Assembly (NCBI GenBank): GCA_001599295.1
Contig: BCGN01000008.1
Coordinates: 930,001 to 994,000 of the forward strand
Length of the DNA: 64,000 nt
Source of the DNA: Sporopachydermia quercuum
Lineage: Eukaryota
Reading direction: 5' to 3'
Made by a program: the position numbers and the translations under genes. Positions 14,605 through 26,308 of this stretch are shown in pieces; the stretch's first letter is position 1; every line of letters begins with the position of its first letter. Below the pieces are notes generated by a model. That model had not been told where the DNA came from, did not search any database, and was given only the letters and a program-made list of their open reading frames with translations.

Positions 14605-16167
14605 CTATTTCAGCCATTCATGTTGCACCAATTCCGCCATTGAAATCCTTTTACTGGGATCTTTCTCGAGTAATTTGAATAGTAAATCTTCAACTTCCTT
14701 TGGTAGATCTTCATATAAGGTGAAATCTTTGAACATAACAGTTTCGTATACCTCTAACACATTATTTCCGGTGAAAGGCAATCGAAAGAAAAGTAAGCAG
14801 TAAAGGACAATTCCTAGAGACCAGATATCACATTTTCTGCCGGAAACTCGTGCTGGGAGTTCTAACCGCAGATTCTTAATATTACGATTAGATCGACTGA
14901 AAGAATGACCATTCTCAACGTTGCTGCTGTTATTGCCGATATTGCTAATAGTACCAAGACTACTATCCCTATGAAGGTTGTCAGCAACGACATCCTTTGA
15001 GACCAGACTAGTTCCATCATTATGATGATCTTCACTGGAACCATTGGATTCCTTGACACTATTACCGTCATTTGCATTGAAAATTTCATTGAACTTCCCA
15101 TTNACTGCTGTATTGATCTCACTGTTAACACCATCAACTTTTTCATCATTAAGGCTGGTAGCAATGTTATTACCATTCCTGTCTGAGCCGCTCGAGTCTT
15201 CTTCTGCCTTCTGAATCCTACTCTCTCTGGAATCTCTTCTGAACGCTGAGATCAATCCGATCATCTCACAAGATATAAAGTAAGGTGTCCCTTCTGCCTT
15301 GACTATATAGTCTTTTTCAGGTTGTTGCAAATCAAATATTCTAGCTGATGAAAAATCTATTATCTTAACAGTATTATAATCATTTGCCAGTAATATATTC
15401 TCAGGTTTGATATCCAAGTGCATTATGCACTTGTCATGAATATACTGCAATCCATGCACTAATTGTTTAAAATACCGTTGGCACACTTCTAGGGAGTATC
15501 TATCGTTCTCCGAGGATCCTGGGGTAGAATCAAGTCTTCCTGAAGTGAAAAACAAATGACGGTCTTCACTTTTTAGTCTATTGCTGGATAATTCTTGTCT
15601 GGGAGTTAAGATAGGACCATTAGGACAGTACTCCATCACTATGTAGATTGAGTCATTTGATGGTGAATCGATAGTNGTAAGTAGTTTGATTACGTTGTCA
15701 TGATTGCATATTTTCTTCATAATGGTAATCTCTAGTGGTAAAAATGAATTTGCAGTTGNATTGGAGTTTGAAGCTGAATTTGATGTTGGGCTGGAACCAG
15801 TAATACTATCACTAAAATAACTACCATTGCGTTTCCCTCGAGTTGGCAGGGGTTTTCCTTGAGGGGATGAAACCCCGCTTTTTATTCTAGGTGATCTAGA
15901 AGCACTTCTAGCGCGTATTGTTTCATATTGTTGTCTCCTTCGCAAAGAGCTTTTGCTGTATATCTTTATGGCATAGCATTGGCCGTTGGTATGCTGTGCT
16001 AAGTAAATCGATGCCGCTGAACCACTTCCTAATCGATGTTTAGTCAACTTAAGAGTTTCTAGTGTTACAGAATTAGGACTTTCATTATTATTAATAGATG
16101 ATGATGATCTAGTAGCTGTTGTGATTGCAGGAAGAGTAGATACTGTAACTGATGGTGATTCATTCAT
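14605..16167 (-). CDS. Ser/Thr protein kinase, CaMKK/Sak1-Tos3-Elm1-like, with atypical motifs, 520 aa
   Basis: Motifs GSGS, YAIK, IYIVMEYCPNG, HLDIKPENILL, DFS, GTPYF, DIWSLGIVLYCLLF.RLPF and LLEKDPSKRI. Long insert between subdomains VIII and IX. Confidence 0.85.
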   Translation of the reverse strand: MNESPSVTVSTLPAITTATRSSSSINNNESPNSVTLETLKLTKHRLGSGSAASIYLAQHTNGQCYAIKIYSKSSLRRRQQYETIRARSASRSPRIKSGVSSPQGKPLPTRGKRNGSYFSDSITGSSPTSNSASNSNXTANSFLPLEITIMKKICNHDNVIKLLXTIDSPSNDSIYIVMEYCPNGPILTPRQELSSNRLKSEDRHLFFTSGRLDSTPGSSENDRYSLEVCQRYFKQLVHGLQYIHDKCIMHLDIKPENILLANDYNTVKIIDFSSARIFDLQQPEKDYIVKAEGTPYFISCEMIGLISAFRRDSRESRIQKAEEDSSGSDRNGNNIATSLNDEKVDGVNSEINTAXNGKFNEIFNANDGNSVKESNGSSEDHHNDGTSLVSKDVVADNLHRDSSLGTISNIGNNSSNVENGHSFSRSNRNIKNLRLELPARVSGRKCDIWSLGIVLYCLLFFRLPFTGNNVLEVYETVMFKDFTLYEDLPKEVEDLLFKLLEKDPSKRISMAELVQHEWLK

Positions 16168-17926
16168 GATTTGGCCAAGGGGTGAATGTGAGTATATGAT
16201 GGATATGCTATGCTGAATGCTTGGTGAAAAAAGTTTCTTTCGCTGGGGAGCACCAAATTCTTATATGANTAACCAGAAAAATCCAATATTTGATTTCTCT
16301 AGATTCTATTCTTTATTGTTGCCAAATGGATTTGGATATTTGAGCTTTCGTTTTTGAGTAAATGAGAACGACCTCACCACTAGTAATGCAATTTAAAGAC
16401 GCGGATAAATATTAGCCTTTACCTAAGAAGGCGATTATGACTGTCTTATAAAATATTCAACGAGCTTCCGTAGTAAGCATATACGTTTCTTTATAACATA
16501 ATCAACAAGATCTTGTTCGATATTGTCTGGGTAATTATAAGATGTACAAGTAGTGATATAATTGATGATAGCGAACAGACGAAGGAATGAAGGTAAGTAA
16601 AAGGTAAGAGATGAAAGGACAGGTCGAGGAGAACTTAAGGTTTAATTGAGCGGGAAGTTCCAAATCTTAACTTTATTTTAGTGATAAATTAGATAAGGTT
16701 TGGAAGTTTCTGGCGGGAGATGAGCCAGGTGGATAATCTATAATTAGTAGTGTAGAATATAGGTATAGATGGCAGTGACAACAAAAAAGTCTACAAGGAC
16801 TGCCATTAATTAATAGTAGTCTTAGAAGTAGAGAATATTACATAAAGAATCTATATTCAATTATTATCAGCTATCAAAGATAAAAAGTGTTCTGTTTCAA
16901 TAGTTGAATCCAAATTGATTGCTGTTCAAATTTAGAGTTGACTTAGGTGAAGAACGTGAACTCTTACCAGAACATTTATTCTCAGGAGCATTATTTTGAG
17001 AATCCATGTATATTTTGTTCTATTTTATTTGGATCCTTATGGAAGCATTATATTTCCAATATAAGAGAAATTTGTTAAGTTTAAGTATCTGATTTTAAAT
17101 TAATACAGTTGCTTGTAATCAGGAATGTACTACTACCCTAAGAACAATAGAATGATCATCTTATCTAACATCATCTATCTGTATTTATTCTTATACTTTT
17201 GCATGGATAAAAATTCTGAAGAAGAATGAATGAACTCTGAAGAATCTGTTGTTAGTGGAACCAATTAATTACTTCCTAGTATGAAAACTACTTATTCATA
17301 ATGTAGGCATACATATAAATTTTTTTGCACCAAAAAATGAAAACTTTCTCAGCATTTCATCACCGCCATTGAACGGTTGCTCAACCCTCCCAGCTTCCTC
17401 TGTATAAAGAAGAATACTCGACGATAGTCAAAAGACAACTATCGACCATATTTTGTCCCTCATCTACTAGTCAGAAACTGAAGTTAAATGATCAAATTTT
17501 CCAATACTTATTCGATCTATCATTATACCATTGACTCCCCCCCATTCAAAATCCTCAACATGGCATCTATTTGGTATCTGATCAATTAACGTTTCTCGTA
17601 TATATTGAGACTTAGCCTGAATGTTAACCTTATCTAAAAAGGTTCGGAAAAACTCACTTTAGAATTTCACATCTCCCCTCAACTTCTTTTCTCAGTCCTC
17701 TTTTTCTTTGTGATTGACTGTTCACATATGATCGGCACCCATTCTGTAATCCTTTACCCTTTTCTCGCTTCCAGACGCTATTCCAAGCTTCGANTGTTGC
17801 TGGCTATGGAGGTTATTTTCCCTGTGTCATTTTCCATCATTGGTATTGGCATTGTGCTTACGGATCCCACCATATATTGTAGGATGGAAGTAAAGCCCAT
17901 ATCGGCAGATAATACTATTCTCTTCG

Positions 17927-19171
17927 ATGCCTAGACGATCAACGATACTAAAGAGTTTGCTGAAGGCCCCAACTGACTTAAAACTGACTTGGTTGATTTC
18001 TAGAGCTGCTGGGGATTTCTCTGCGGCAGANAGAGAACTGTCATGGATTAAGAAAGAGCTCCCTCCTTCAGAATGGTCTCTGGCTGCCGTCAGACGGAGT
18101 AACCATATGCCATTACAATATATTCTTGGTATACAGCCATTTGGTGATCTTGCCATTAAATGTAAACCTGGGGTTTTAATTCCAAGGGGCGAAACTGAAG
18201 ATTGGGTCATAAAAGTGGGATACAAAATGGCGAATAGCTTGCAGAAGAATAAGAACTTATTACATGAAAATCAATATCACAGATTATTATTAAAGAATTC
18301 TACCAAACAGANTTTATCGGAACGTGCTATAAAACCTATAAGAGTACTTGATTTATGCACTGGCTCTGGATGTATTCTATTATTGCTTGCTCATATTTTC
18401 ACGAAACGAACGTCGCTTTCTGTTAACGCAGTGGGAGTTGATGTCTCGAATTACGCAGTTGATTTAGCAAACGAGAATCTGGTTGCTAATATGAAGAATT
18501 TCCATAATTTTTCTATAAAGGAGACAAAAGAGTCGGAAGAAATGTGTTCAGATTCAATACTTGAAACGAAAAACGTTCCAGGAGAAAGTAAGAAATACTC
18601 AAGTACCAATAGTACTCAGCCAGACGCTTTTCATTCAACTGCAGATTCAACCACCTTTTCTACAATCAAATTCATCCAACAAGACCTTTTCAATACCAGT
18701 GAAATTATTTCATTAGGCGAGTTTGATATAATAACAGCCAATCCTCCCTATATTCCAGAATCTGATTACCAATCAAACACTGTTGAGAAATCAGTTAAAA
18801 TGTATGAACCAAAGCTTGCATTAGTTGGTGACTTGGAGTTTTACGATTATATTGCAAGCAAAATTGTTCTAAATGATAATTCGACTGCAAGTGCGTATAT
18901 AGCAGAAGTTGGTTATATGCGTCAAGTATTGTGTACTATGAGAATATTCAATGATTGGAATAAGCAAAATGGAAGAAAGGAAAGAATGAAAGAAACAAAG
19001 ACNGCAGTGGCTGCAGTGGCTGCAAGAAACAAAGATACTGACAATTCTTCGTATTGGTGTTGTGGATATATGAATGATTATAATGAGAATGTTAGGATTG
19101 TTGTTTGTTGGAAGAGAAACTCACCATGGAAGTCTTTGCGAGATTTATGTGATGCAGTTTTAATTGAATGA
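17927..19171 (+). CDS. MTQ1: Mitochondrial release-factor glutamine N5-methyltransferase (HemK/PrmC family), 414 aa
   Basis: PLQYILG.QPFG, VLIPR.ETE, LDLCTGSGCI, NPPY and YEPKLALVG motifs. Convergent with GCD10, as in S. cerevisiae. Confidence 0.9.
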   Translation: MPRRSTILKSLLKAPTDLKLTWLISRAAGDFSAAXRELSWIKKELPPSEWSLAAVRRSNHMPLQYILGIQPFGDLAIKCKPGVLIPRGETEDWVIKVGYKMANSLQKNKNLLHENQYHRLLLKNSTKQXLSERAIKPIRVLDLCTGSGCILLLLAHIFTKRTSLSVNAVGVDVSNYAVDLANENLVANMKNFHNFSIKETKESEEMCSDSILETKNVPGESKKYSSTNSTQPDAFHSTADSTTFSTIKFIQQDLFNTSEIISLGEFDIITANPPYIPESDYQSNTVEKSVKMYEPKLALVGDLEFYDYIASKIVLNDNSTASAYIAEVGYMRQVLCTMRIFNDWNKQNGRKERMKETKXAVAAVAARNKDTDNSSYWCCGYMNDYNENVRIVVCWKRNSPWKSLRDLCDAVLIE

Positions 19172-19585
19172 AAGTATTTTATAAGGTAAGAAGGAATAGG
19201 TAATGAAGTCTCAATGAATATTAAAAGGAAAAGAACAAAACGTGAGAATATATATATATATGTATATATATTAATAGACAAAGGATGAAAGAATGAAAGA
19301 AACGTTATGAGAAGATAATTCTTGTTTGATTAAGGGCTGAATACTTGTTATCGGTACATCATGAGCTATTATCCGTATGGGAAAATAAACATAGGATTTA
19401 TATAAATATAGATGTGTAACAGGTAACATAAAACAGAACATTAGACCAAATATTTAGGTAAAGATCAGTATCAGTAAATTAGTAGTGGAACTGTTATCAA
19501 ATCTAGTAGCTCGGTTGTAATAGTATAACTACTATAATCGAATAGAATTCTCCTATAAATCTATTTAAATATTATACTTCATAAC

Positions 19586-21157
19586 TTAATTCTCTTCCGT
19601 TTTCTCGTTTCCTTCTTTATGCTCAGTTTTAACTCTCTTCCTTCCTTTTCCTCTTCCTCCTCTGCCAACAGCAGTAACACTACTAGGATATACTCTCAAA
19701 CCATTGAAAAGATATCCTCCTCCTCCCCTCATAGACATCACAGGATGGAGTCTTCCAGATATCGTTTGATAAGGTCTAACTTTTGTCTCGTATATACTAT
19801 TGCCTAATAATCTCAAGTCTCTTGCATCCTCACTACCGTTTATACTCTTGTTCGATTCTTGGCACTCATACTGAAAATACTGTTGCAATTCAACCAATAC
19901 TTCCTTATATTGAGAGTACATAACTATTGGTCTTGATCCTCCAATATAATCAATAAGCTTGGGAACAATTGAAGGTAGATACATTGTTGACGCCATAATC
20001 AAACCATCAAAGTCTCCTTGTTGAGCTAAATCAATTGTATTATTAATCTCTTCTGCTCGTCTCTTTTTGCGATAATATTGTTGACGCTTGCTTTGTTTCA
20101 ATTCTTGTAATTCAACATCAGGTATAACTTCAACTACTTCCTTTTGATCTTCTGGTTCAAAAAACTGTAACCAATTAATAGTCTTCAACATAGAAGGTAG
20201 TGTCTTNCTATCACTACTATTAATTGTAGAACCAACACCATTATTATAATACTTTAATAAAGACAGATTTGGATGTTCATTTTCATGAGCAAGAATTATA
20301 GTACCTTCACCATTCATTCTTTCCATCAAAGCACTAACAATAATTCCTGTTGTATCATCAACCACAAGGTATCTACCACCAGGATGCACATTAGCTAAAC
20401 TAAGCAGTAAAGATAATGATTCAATACTCATGTCAAGGACTCTAGAAGGATCTTTGAAAAGCATATATGACAACAGTTCGTTAGTGTTGAGAAATTCTAT
20501 TTGAAACCTCCTTAGAAATTTTTGTTCTTTCCTTTTAACATATTTATCTTGCGACTGAAGAGTTTTCAAGTTAAATGCCTTATGGTTCTGAATTACTTTT
20601 GATATAATATTTCTACCCGCATCGCCGTCATTTTTGTTTATATTGGATTTTTTCAATTCTTCTATCTCTTTCATTGAAAGTTCTTGAGCTTCACCCGTAT
20701 TTAGAATGTTTCTGTTATGAGAAGATGACGTAGGAATATCAGGAGGAGATGTTGCATCCATGGCTTCATCTTCATCAACTTCATCAGCAACATCAGCATC
20801 ATTCTGTAGTGATTTTGAACTTGATACTTTTATATCACCGTCGTTACTTATTACCTCAAAATACTGGCCAAATGTTTCTCCAACTACTTGGTCTACCTTG
20901 AAACTACCAAATTTACCTAATGAGATAATTGAGCCAGGAATAAGAAGAACGATCTTCAACGTTTCCGAAGGTAAATGAATTGATACATAAGTGTTCTCTT
21001 TAATAATACTTCTGTCGTACACACTTGACTGAATAACCGTTTTTCGTTTGCTGGTTGACGTTGCGGTTGGAATTGTAGTTGCTGTAGAAGCAGGTATAGG
21101 ACTAGAACTGGTTGAAGTGTCACTCAGTAAAGTTGAGTCAACTGGTGATTGAGTCAT
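19586..21157 (-). CDS. GCD10: tRNA m1A58 methyltransferase non-catalytic subunit Trm6/Gcd10
   Basis: ISLGKFGSF, KT..SQ.KY.KRK, ANVHPGGRYLVVDDT.G and RPYQT..GRLHP.M...GGGGY motifs. First ATG is at 21157 (the ORF track starts at TTG 21187). Confidence 0.93.
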   Translation of the reverse strand: MTQSPVDSTLLSDTSTSSSPIPASTATTIPTATSTSKRKTVIQSSVYDRSIIKENTYVSIHLPSETLKIVLLIPGSIISLGKFGSFKVDQVVGETFGQYFEVISNDGDIKVSSSKSLQNDADVADEVDEDEAMDATSPPDIPTSSSHNRNILNTGEAQELSMKEIEELKKSNINKNDGDAGRNIISKVIQNHKAFNLKTLQSQDKYVKRKEQKFLRRFQIEFLNTNELLSYMLFKDPSRVLDMSIESLSLLLSLANVHPGGRYLVVDDTTGIIVSALMERMNGEGTIILAHENEHPNLSLLKYYNNGVGSTINSSDXKTLPSMLKTINWLQFFEPEDQKEVVEVIPDVELQELKQSKRQQYYRKKRRAEEINNTIDLAQQGDFDGLIMASTMYLPSIVPKLIDYIGGSRPIVMYSQYKEVLVELQQYFQYECQESNKSINGSEDARDLRLLGNSIYETKVRPYQTISGRLHPVMSMRGGGGYLFNGLRVYPSSVTAVGRGGRGKGRKRVKTEHKEGNEKTEEN

Positions 21158-21799
21158 TGTGAATACAAGGTGCTTCCAAACCAACAAGAATAATGATAAC
21201 TTGAATTAATCAGTTTAATGTAATACTAATATAATATTTTGTTGAAGCAAAGAAGAAAAGAGTGTTTTAGCAGATCCAGAAGGTACAAAACTTGGAATAT
21301 CCTCTACTTTTCCTTGAATCAAATATTAGTTAGTAGATAATGACAATTTACTCCTTCAGCTGATGTTCACTGCGCAATAAACCAAAATAATTGAAACCAG
21401 AAACTGAAAAGAAAGCAATGCTTTAATAGTAGTTCAATAGTTTCAATGAAAATCAAATAGAAACAATAGCCTTCTGTTCAATTCGTGTAACTATCACTNT
21501 TCTCAAACAACTCGCAAGGTTTACAATCTCACACCTCACACAGTAGAAAATAATTTTTCACTTCCTATGAGAGAAAATGATTAAACTGCAAGAACCAAAC
21601 TGAGAGAGAGAAAAACTACACAGGTGATCTATTCTCATCAGTTTGAATTTATTTGATCGTTTTGATGAAAACAATAGCACACACAGTAAGAGTAGTAGAA
21701 ATCTTTCATTACCAAACCAATAAGTATATAGATTTATTAAGTAAAAGAAGGAAAAAAGTATAATTCGGATGTGGAGAAAGAAAAAATTTGAAAAATAAA

Positions 21800-21882
21800 T
21801 GACACGGACAGGAATTGAACCTGCAACCCTTCGATGACAACTTAAACTGGAGTCGAAAGCTCTACCATTGAGCCACCGCATC
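21800..21882 (-). tRNA. tRNA-Trp(CCA) with 11-nt intron (21836-21846)
   Basis: Reverse complement reads GATGCGGTGGCTCAATGGTAGAGCTTTCGACT-CCA-G[TTTAAGTTGTC]ATCGAAGGGTTGCAGGTTCAATTCCTGTCCGTGTCA. It has A and B boxes, folds as a cloverleaf, and is followed by a T-tract terminator. Confidence 0.97.
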
Positions 21883-23263
21883 TTCATTAAGAAATNACAA
21901 GTTTAGATAATTAAGAAGAAAACAAATATTTTAAGTTTAGNTTTATTTCAGTGAAGGTTCACTCTCTCTGTTATCACAAATTGTTTATAACATATTAGTT
22001 TGTACGTTTATTTCATACATTAAATAGATATTTGAGATTTTCTACAGTTATTTTTGCAATAATTATGTTGTTAGATGAGAGTATTACTATTTTTTTTGCT
22101 CTTATGTGGAAGTTGAACATTGCGATCCATCTTAACTTTGAATAGTTAGCAGAATAAAGTTATACAATATTTCCTCGCCTGAATACGCCAACCTCTCGTT
22201 TTCAGTTTAATGGACCAAACCACACATATTTATAAATGTTCAGTCTTTTCTGACATTTTATACTTTCGTCTAAAGATTTAGCTTTTATAATAATATTATT
22301 TTGAGTTTCACCTTCAGTTTAGTTCTATCTCTCATTATTCGCTTGTAAGAAGTAAGTGCTTAGCTCTGACTTCTATCAGTCTCAGCCTCCTGACACTGGT
22401 GTCATATCAGGAAGACAAGCACAATAGATAAGATATCCCAATTCTTCCCCGTTTTTTTTAACTCCAGACCTCAGTTTTTTATAGCAAACTCAAGGTTTAT
22501 ATTTCAGTAATGACAACAAACATGGCCTTTATATATATTATTCTAGTAGACATCGGAATCTTTAACTCACCATTGCTCAAGAAAGTTATTAAAGTTTCAA
22601 CGGTTTCTTTTTACTTTTGACATGTAAATACAAATCCAGTTTAAGTTTTCCTCTTCACTCGCTTAAGTTTTCCTTACATATGTATTAAAGATTGANAAGT
22701 TACTTCATCATTAACATAACTGATCTCTGAAAATTTCCCAGAGACAAGAGCCATTGAAGCATATAAACGCCAAAGTCAACCTTTAAACATAGTTAGAGTA
22801 TAATCCTTTCTAGAAAGACATGCTAACATCGACTACTTGTCCCGTTACGTCTACCACTTCCATCTTCAAGTAGATGACACTTTAATGTATGATTCTGCCT
22901 TGAAAATATAACTGGTTGTGATACTGAATTCTGATTTCTATTCCAAAATAAGACCTTGGGAACATCTGATTCTGAAACATAGAAAATGACACATTTGCTA
23001 TTCAATAACTTTTTATATTACTGTACATTTTTTACTACTTCAAACTATACACTGAACTGCTCACTTTGTCCGGCGAGTAGTTGATTTAAAGATCCAAGGA
23101 TCACAGCATGGAACATGGACAAATGTTCGCATCTACTTTTGCTGTATCGAGCCAGATGAAGCAAAGCATTAAATTCCGATTAACCGGTTGATAAGATTCA
23201 TTAGAAAGCCATTTTGAGCTTCCAAGTATAACCCACATACCTAATTATTATATGTTATCACGG

Positions 23264-25534
23264 TTAATACAAAACATTACCAAATCTATGCTCCTTTATA
23301 TACTCGGGGCCCATTTCATAGTACTCCGCTTTAGAAACTAATGTCGCTTTGCCCTCATCTGTCAAACTGAACTTTGACATTCCTCTCCATGCATCTAAAC
23401 TAGGATTACTTGCTGAGTATACTTTAAGTTTGGTACCTATGGGCAAGTTCATAGTCAGCTCTTTGAATAATCTTGTTCTCATATTAGCAGTTGCGCTCAC
23501 ACCACCAGTAAGAAATATATTTCCATACATTTCATTAAGAATTCTTTGCCTGGCTTCCTTTGCTTCTGCTTGGAAAAAAGGTTCAGATGGTAATCTTCGA
23601 ACAAACAAATCTTCAGTTACTTCAGTTACTCCTGCCTGATCAACCCCTGCCATTGAAGGATCGAACATAACTTCAGGAATTCGTATTCTTTCCACGTTCA
23701 AATGCAGTTGATGCTGTTCATGAGCATCTTCAGGGTTGAAAGGTTGAGGTCCCCTCAAATACAAATGAGTGATACTCTTTCTCCAATCATATTGTGCTTC
23801 CCTTGTATCCTCAAGAGTAAAATCAGGATCATACTCCAATAATTCTTGTTCAAGCTTCGTGATCTCTTCTTCTTCTTCGTCATCTTCTTCCTCATCATCA
23901 CTATTGCCTATACCTCTATAGACTGCCCAATCGTCGTCATCAGCCCCAAATGTATCATTGGGATCATTATCAATAGTTGCTTGTAAACCTCTTTTCTTTC
24001 TATTTCTCGCGCCACCGCCTCCTCCGTTACCACTATTATTGTTGCTGGAACCATTCCCTTCAGCTGCTAATGCCGATATATTCTTCATCCTCATTTGTGA
24101 GGCTAAGGATTTTCTATTACTCAACTCTTCCTTCAGTTTCTTCTTTTCCTTTGATCTCTGCAGCAATATATCCAGTTTTTCTCGTCTGTCTTTGATCCAA
24201 CCATTAAGATCTGTTTCTCTCCATTCCTTATCCTTTGCTAACAATTCTTCTTGTCTACGCTTTTCCTCTTCCTTTTCACGCTTAGCACGAACTCTTGCAT
24301 CATAGTTGGCTTTCATAAGTTTCTGTTTCCGTTTCTCTCTTATTTGAGCATCGTCGAGCTCTTCGTCAGGTTTATCTACTAAATCAAACACTGGGACCTC
24401 TTCATTATCGTCATGAGAACCAACATCTCCCCTACGAGCTCTTTTCAGAGCCCTAGTAAGATTTGCCATATACTTTTTTAGATCAGCTTCATCTTTGAAC
24501 CCTTCAGAATCAAGCAAACGTTTCACTTCACGTTTATTTGTTTGTTTAGATATTTTTATCTGAAGATCAGTGTAATACTCAAACTCTTGTTCACGTTGTA
24601 CTAATTTCTCTAGTCTTTTCTTAGCAACTTGCTCTTGTAATCTTCTACCAGCTTCTGCACGTTTTGCTGCCTGTTTAGCGAGCTCTTCCTGAGATTTCTG
24701 AACTACTACTTGTTCAACAAAAGGGGNTTCTATCACTATATCTCTTTCCTCAAGTCCAGGCAAATCTAAGAAGTGTTCAAGTTCATGTTGGTAATCTGTA
24801 GAAACATAAGTATAATCATGTATCAGGTTGTTTACTTGATGGTGAGATAGTTTATCAGGGAAAAATGGATACTTGAGGCCTATAATTGAGCCTAGATAAT
24901 CTGCTGCAAGTCTTCCTCCCCAGTTGATTCGTTTAGTTAAAGATAGAATACCTTTACCATTGATTACAGGTGTAATCACAGTAGATTCATGACCGGCACC
25001 TATCACCACACCCGTTTTGCCACCGTTATAATAGAAAGAATATAGATCGTCTAAACCGAAAGAAACCGATGGTGCGTCATAAGCTTCAAACAATAGTTGG
25101 TACATGCTTTTCCTTTGGCTCAATGGACAACCTAATAGCTCAGTCATAAAAATGGGATTGTTAACTTTTCCCTCCGATTTCACACCTATTCGCGAAAATG
25201 AAAAATCAAGCAAGTGCTCCATCAAGTCCCAATTAACAACCAAAGATCCATCAAATGGTGATTTGGCTTGTCCTTTCACAGTTGGATCTAGGTAAGTGTC
25301 TTTACCTATCAAGGTTAAGTTCTTGCCAAACTTACGATCTTTGAACTTAGCAACAAGAGTGGGATTTACTAATATAGGATCAGGTAAATCAGCATAACCT
25401 ATACGGGTTTCATAAGTACCCAGATCGATTGATATTGGCGTTTCGGGATAGTATGCATCATAGATAGGTGTTCGAGTCGTGGGAACTGCGACATCTCGTA
25501 AAAGATGTACAGGTTGTTCTGGGTAGTCATTCAT
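23264..25534 (-). CDS. ARP5: Actin-related protein Arp5 (INO80 complex)
   Basis: Actin fold with long charged insert, DDPNDTFGADDDDWAVYR, HLNVERIRIPE and EY.E.GPEYIKEH..GN. First ATG is at 25534 (the ORF track starts at GTG 25561). The true 5' structure is uncertain. Confidence 0.93.
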   Translation of the reverse strand: MNDYPEQPVHLLRDVAVPTTRTPIYDAYYPETPISIDLGTYETRIGYADLPDPILVNPTLVAKFKDRKFGKNLTLIGKDTYLDPTVKGQAKSPFDGSLVVNWDLMEHLLDFSFSRIGVKSEGKVNNPIFMTELLGCPLSQRKSMYQLLFEAYDAPSVSFGLDDLYSFYYNGGKTGVVIGAGHESTVITPVINGKGILSLTKRINWGGRLAADYLGSIIGLKYPFFPDKLSHHQVNNLIHDYTYVSTDYQHELEHFLDLPGLEERDIVIEXPFVEQVVVQKSQEELAKQAAKRAEAGRRLQEQVAKKRLEKLVQREQEFEYYTDLQIKISKQTNKREVKRLLDSEGFKDEADLKKYMANLTRALKRARRGDVGSHDDNEEVPVFDLVDKPDEELDDAQIREKRKQKLMKANYDARVRAKREKEEEKRRQEELLAKDKEWRETDLNGWIKDRREKLDILLQRSKEKKKLKEELSNRKSLASQMRMKNISALAAEGNGSSNNNSGNGGGGGARNRKKRGLQATIDNDPNDTFGADDDDWAVYRGIGNSDDEEEDDEEEEEITKLEQELLEYDPDFTLEDTREAQYDWRKSITHLYLRGPQPFNPEDAHEQHQLHLNVERIRIPEVMFDPSMAGVDQAGVTEVTEDLFVRRLPSEPFFQAEAKEARQRILNEMYGNIFLTGGVSATANMRTRLFKELTMNLPIGTKLKVYSASNPSLDAWRGMSKFSLTDEGKATLVSKAEYYEMGPEYIKEHRFGNVLY

Positions 25535-26308
25535 TGGGACTGTAATCTCAATCGTGGTCACAAATCTATTGTAATATTGAAATGGCAGATATTGTCAGCA
25601 ATTCCCTTATAGGAGATCGTAACCTGAACCAAAATAGCTTTAACGATTGTCTATGCAATCTGTTCTATTACTATTAGTTATGGTCCAGCAAATCCAACCA
25701 AATCAGTTGACTGGAAAGATCACTCAATACACCTTTTCAGTTCTTTCCACAAATAAATCAATATTNTTCGTAATTCCTGGCGCTGATCTACCGTTCAATC
25801 TGTCATACAGTTGATTCTATTAATAACCGTCACGGAGTGCCAAATAAAATGCAATAAAGGAACCTCGTTCATATTGGTGACAACTATTCTATGTCCCATT
25901 TCACGCCCCTTTGGAGGTTTTTGTGTATTTCACTCATCCTCAAAATAGGCTATGAATCAAGATGATTATATAATCATTAAACAATGGAACACACCTAGTC
26001 CCATTTCAGAACTCCGTTAATGAGGACAAGAAATGATAAGATGGAATCGACAAGGGAAGGGGTACCTTTACCATCACATAATGATCATCTTTTGCGAAAG
26101 GGAAATTGAGGTGATACTTACCATTGAAATTGAGAACACAAAGTATGAGGGCAAAATCAATTACCAATTAGCCGCGTTTTAAGGGTAAACTATTGATTGT
26201 TTTCTTAATTGAGTAAAATCCCAGTTGTTTTTTCGCTCGATTACGATAGGATCACATCAGGAAGATAAACGATTCAATTGCTACACACACACCTATTGAT
26301 TTATCACG

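Noticed and set aside
21300..21340. Minus-strand TACTAAC upstream of GCD10 as a leader intron
   Set aside because: No convincing donor upstream. A lone 7-mer is expected several times by chance in 64 kb of AT-rich DNA.
21830..21857. tRNA-Trp as a UGA-reading or suppressor variant
   Set aside because: The anticodon is CCA with a full 5-bp stem (TTCGA/TCGAA), and TGA is used as a normal stop (MCM5, SRV2, ERV46).
21558..21887. 109-aa ORF over the tRNA
   Set aside because: It is a translation of the tRNA-Trp gene and its T-rich flank.
25600..26300. YSF3/SF3B5 gene expected upstream of SRV2 by synteny
   Set aside because: No ORF or SF3B5-like peptide was seen on either strand.
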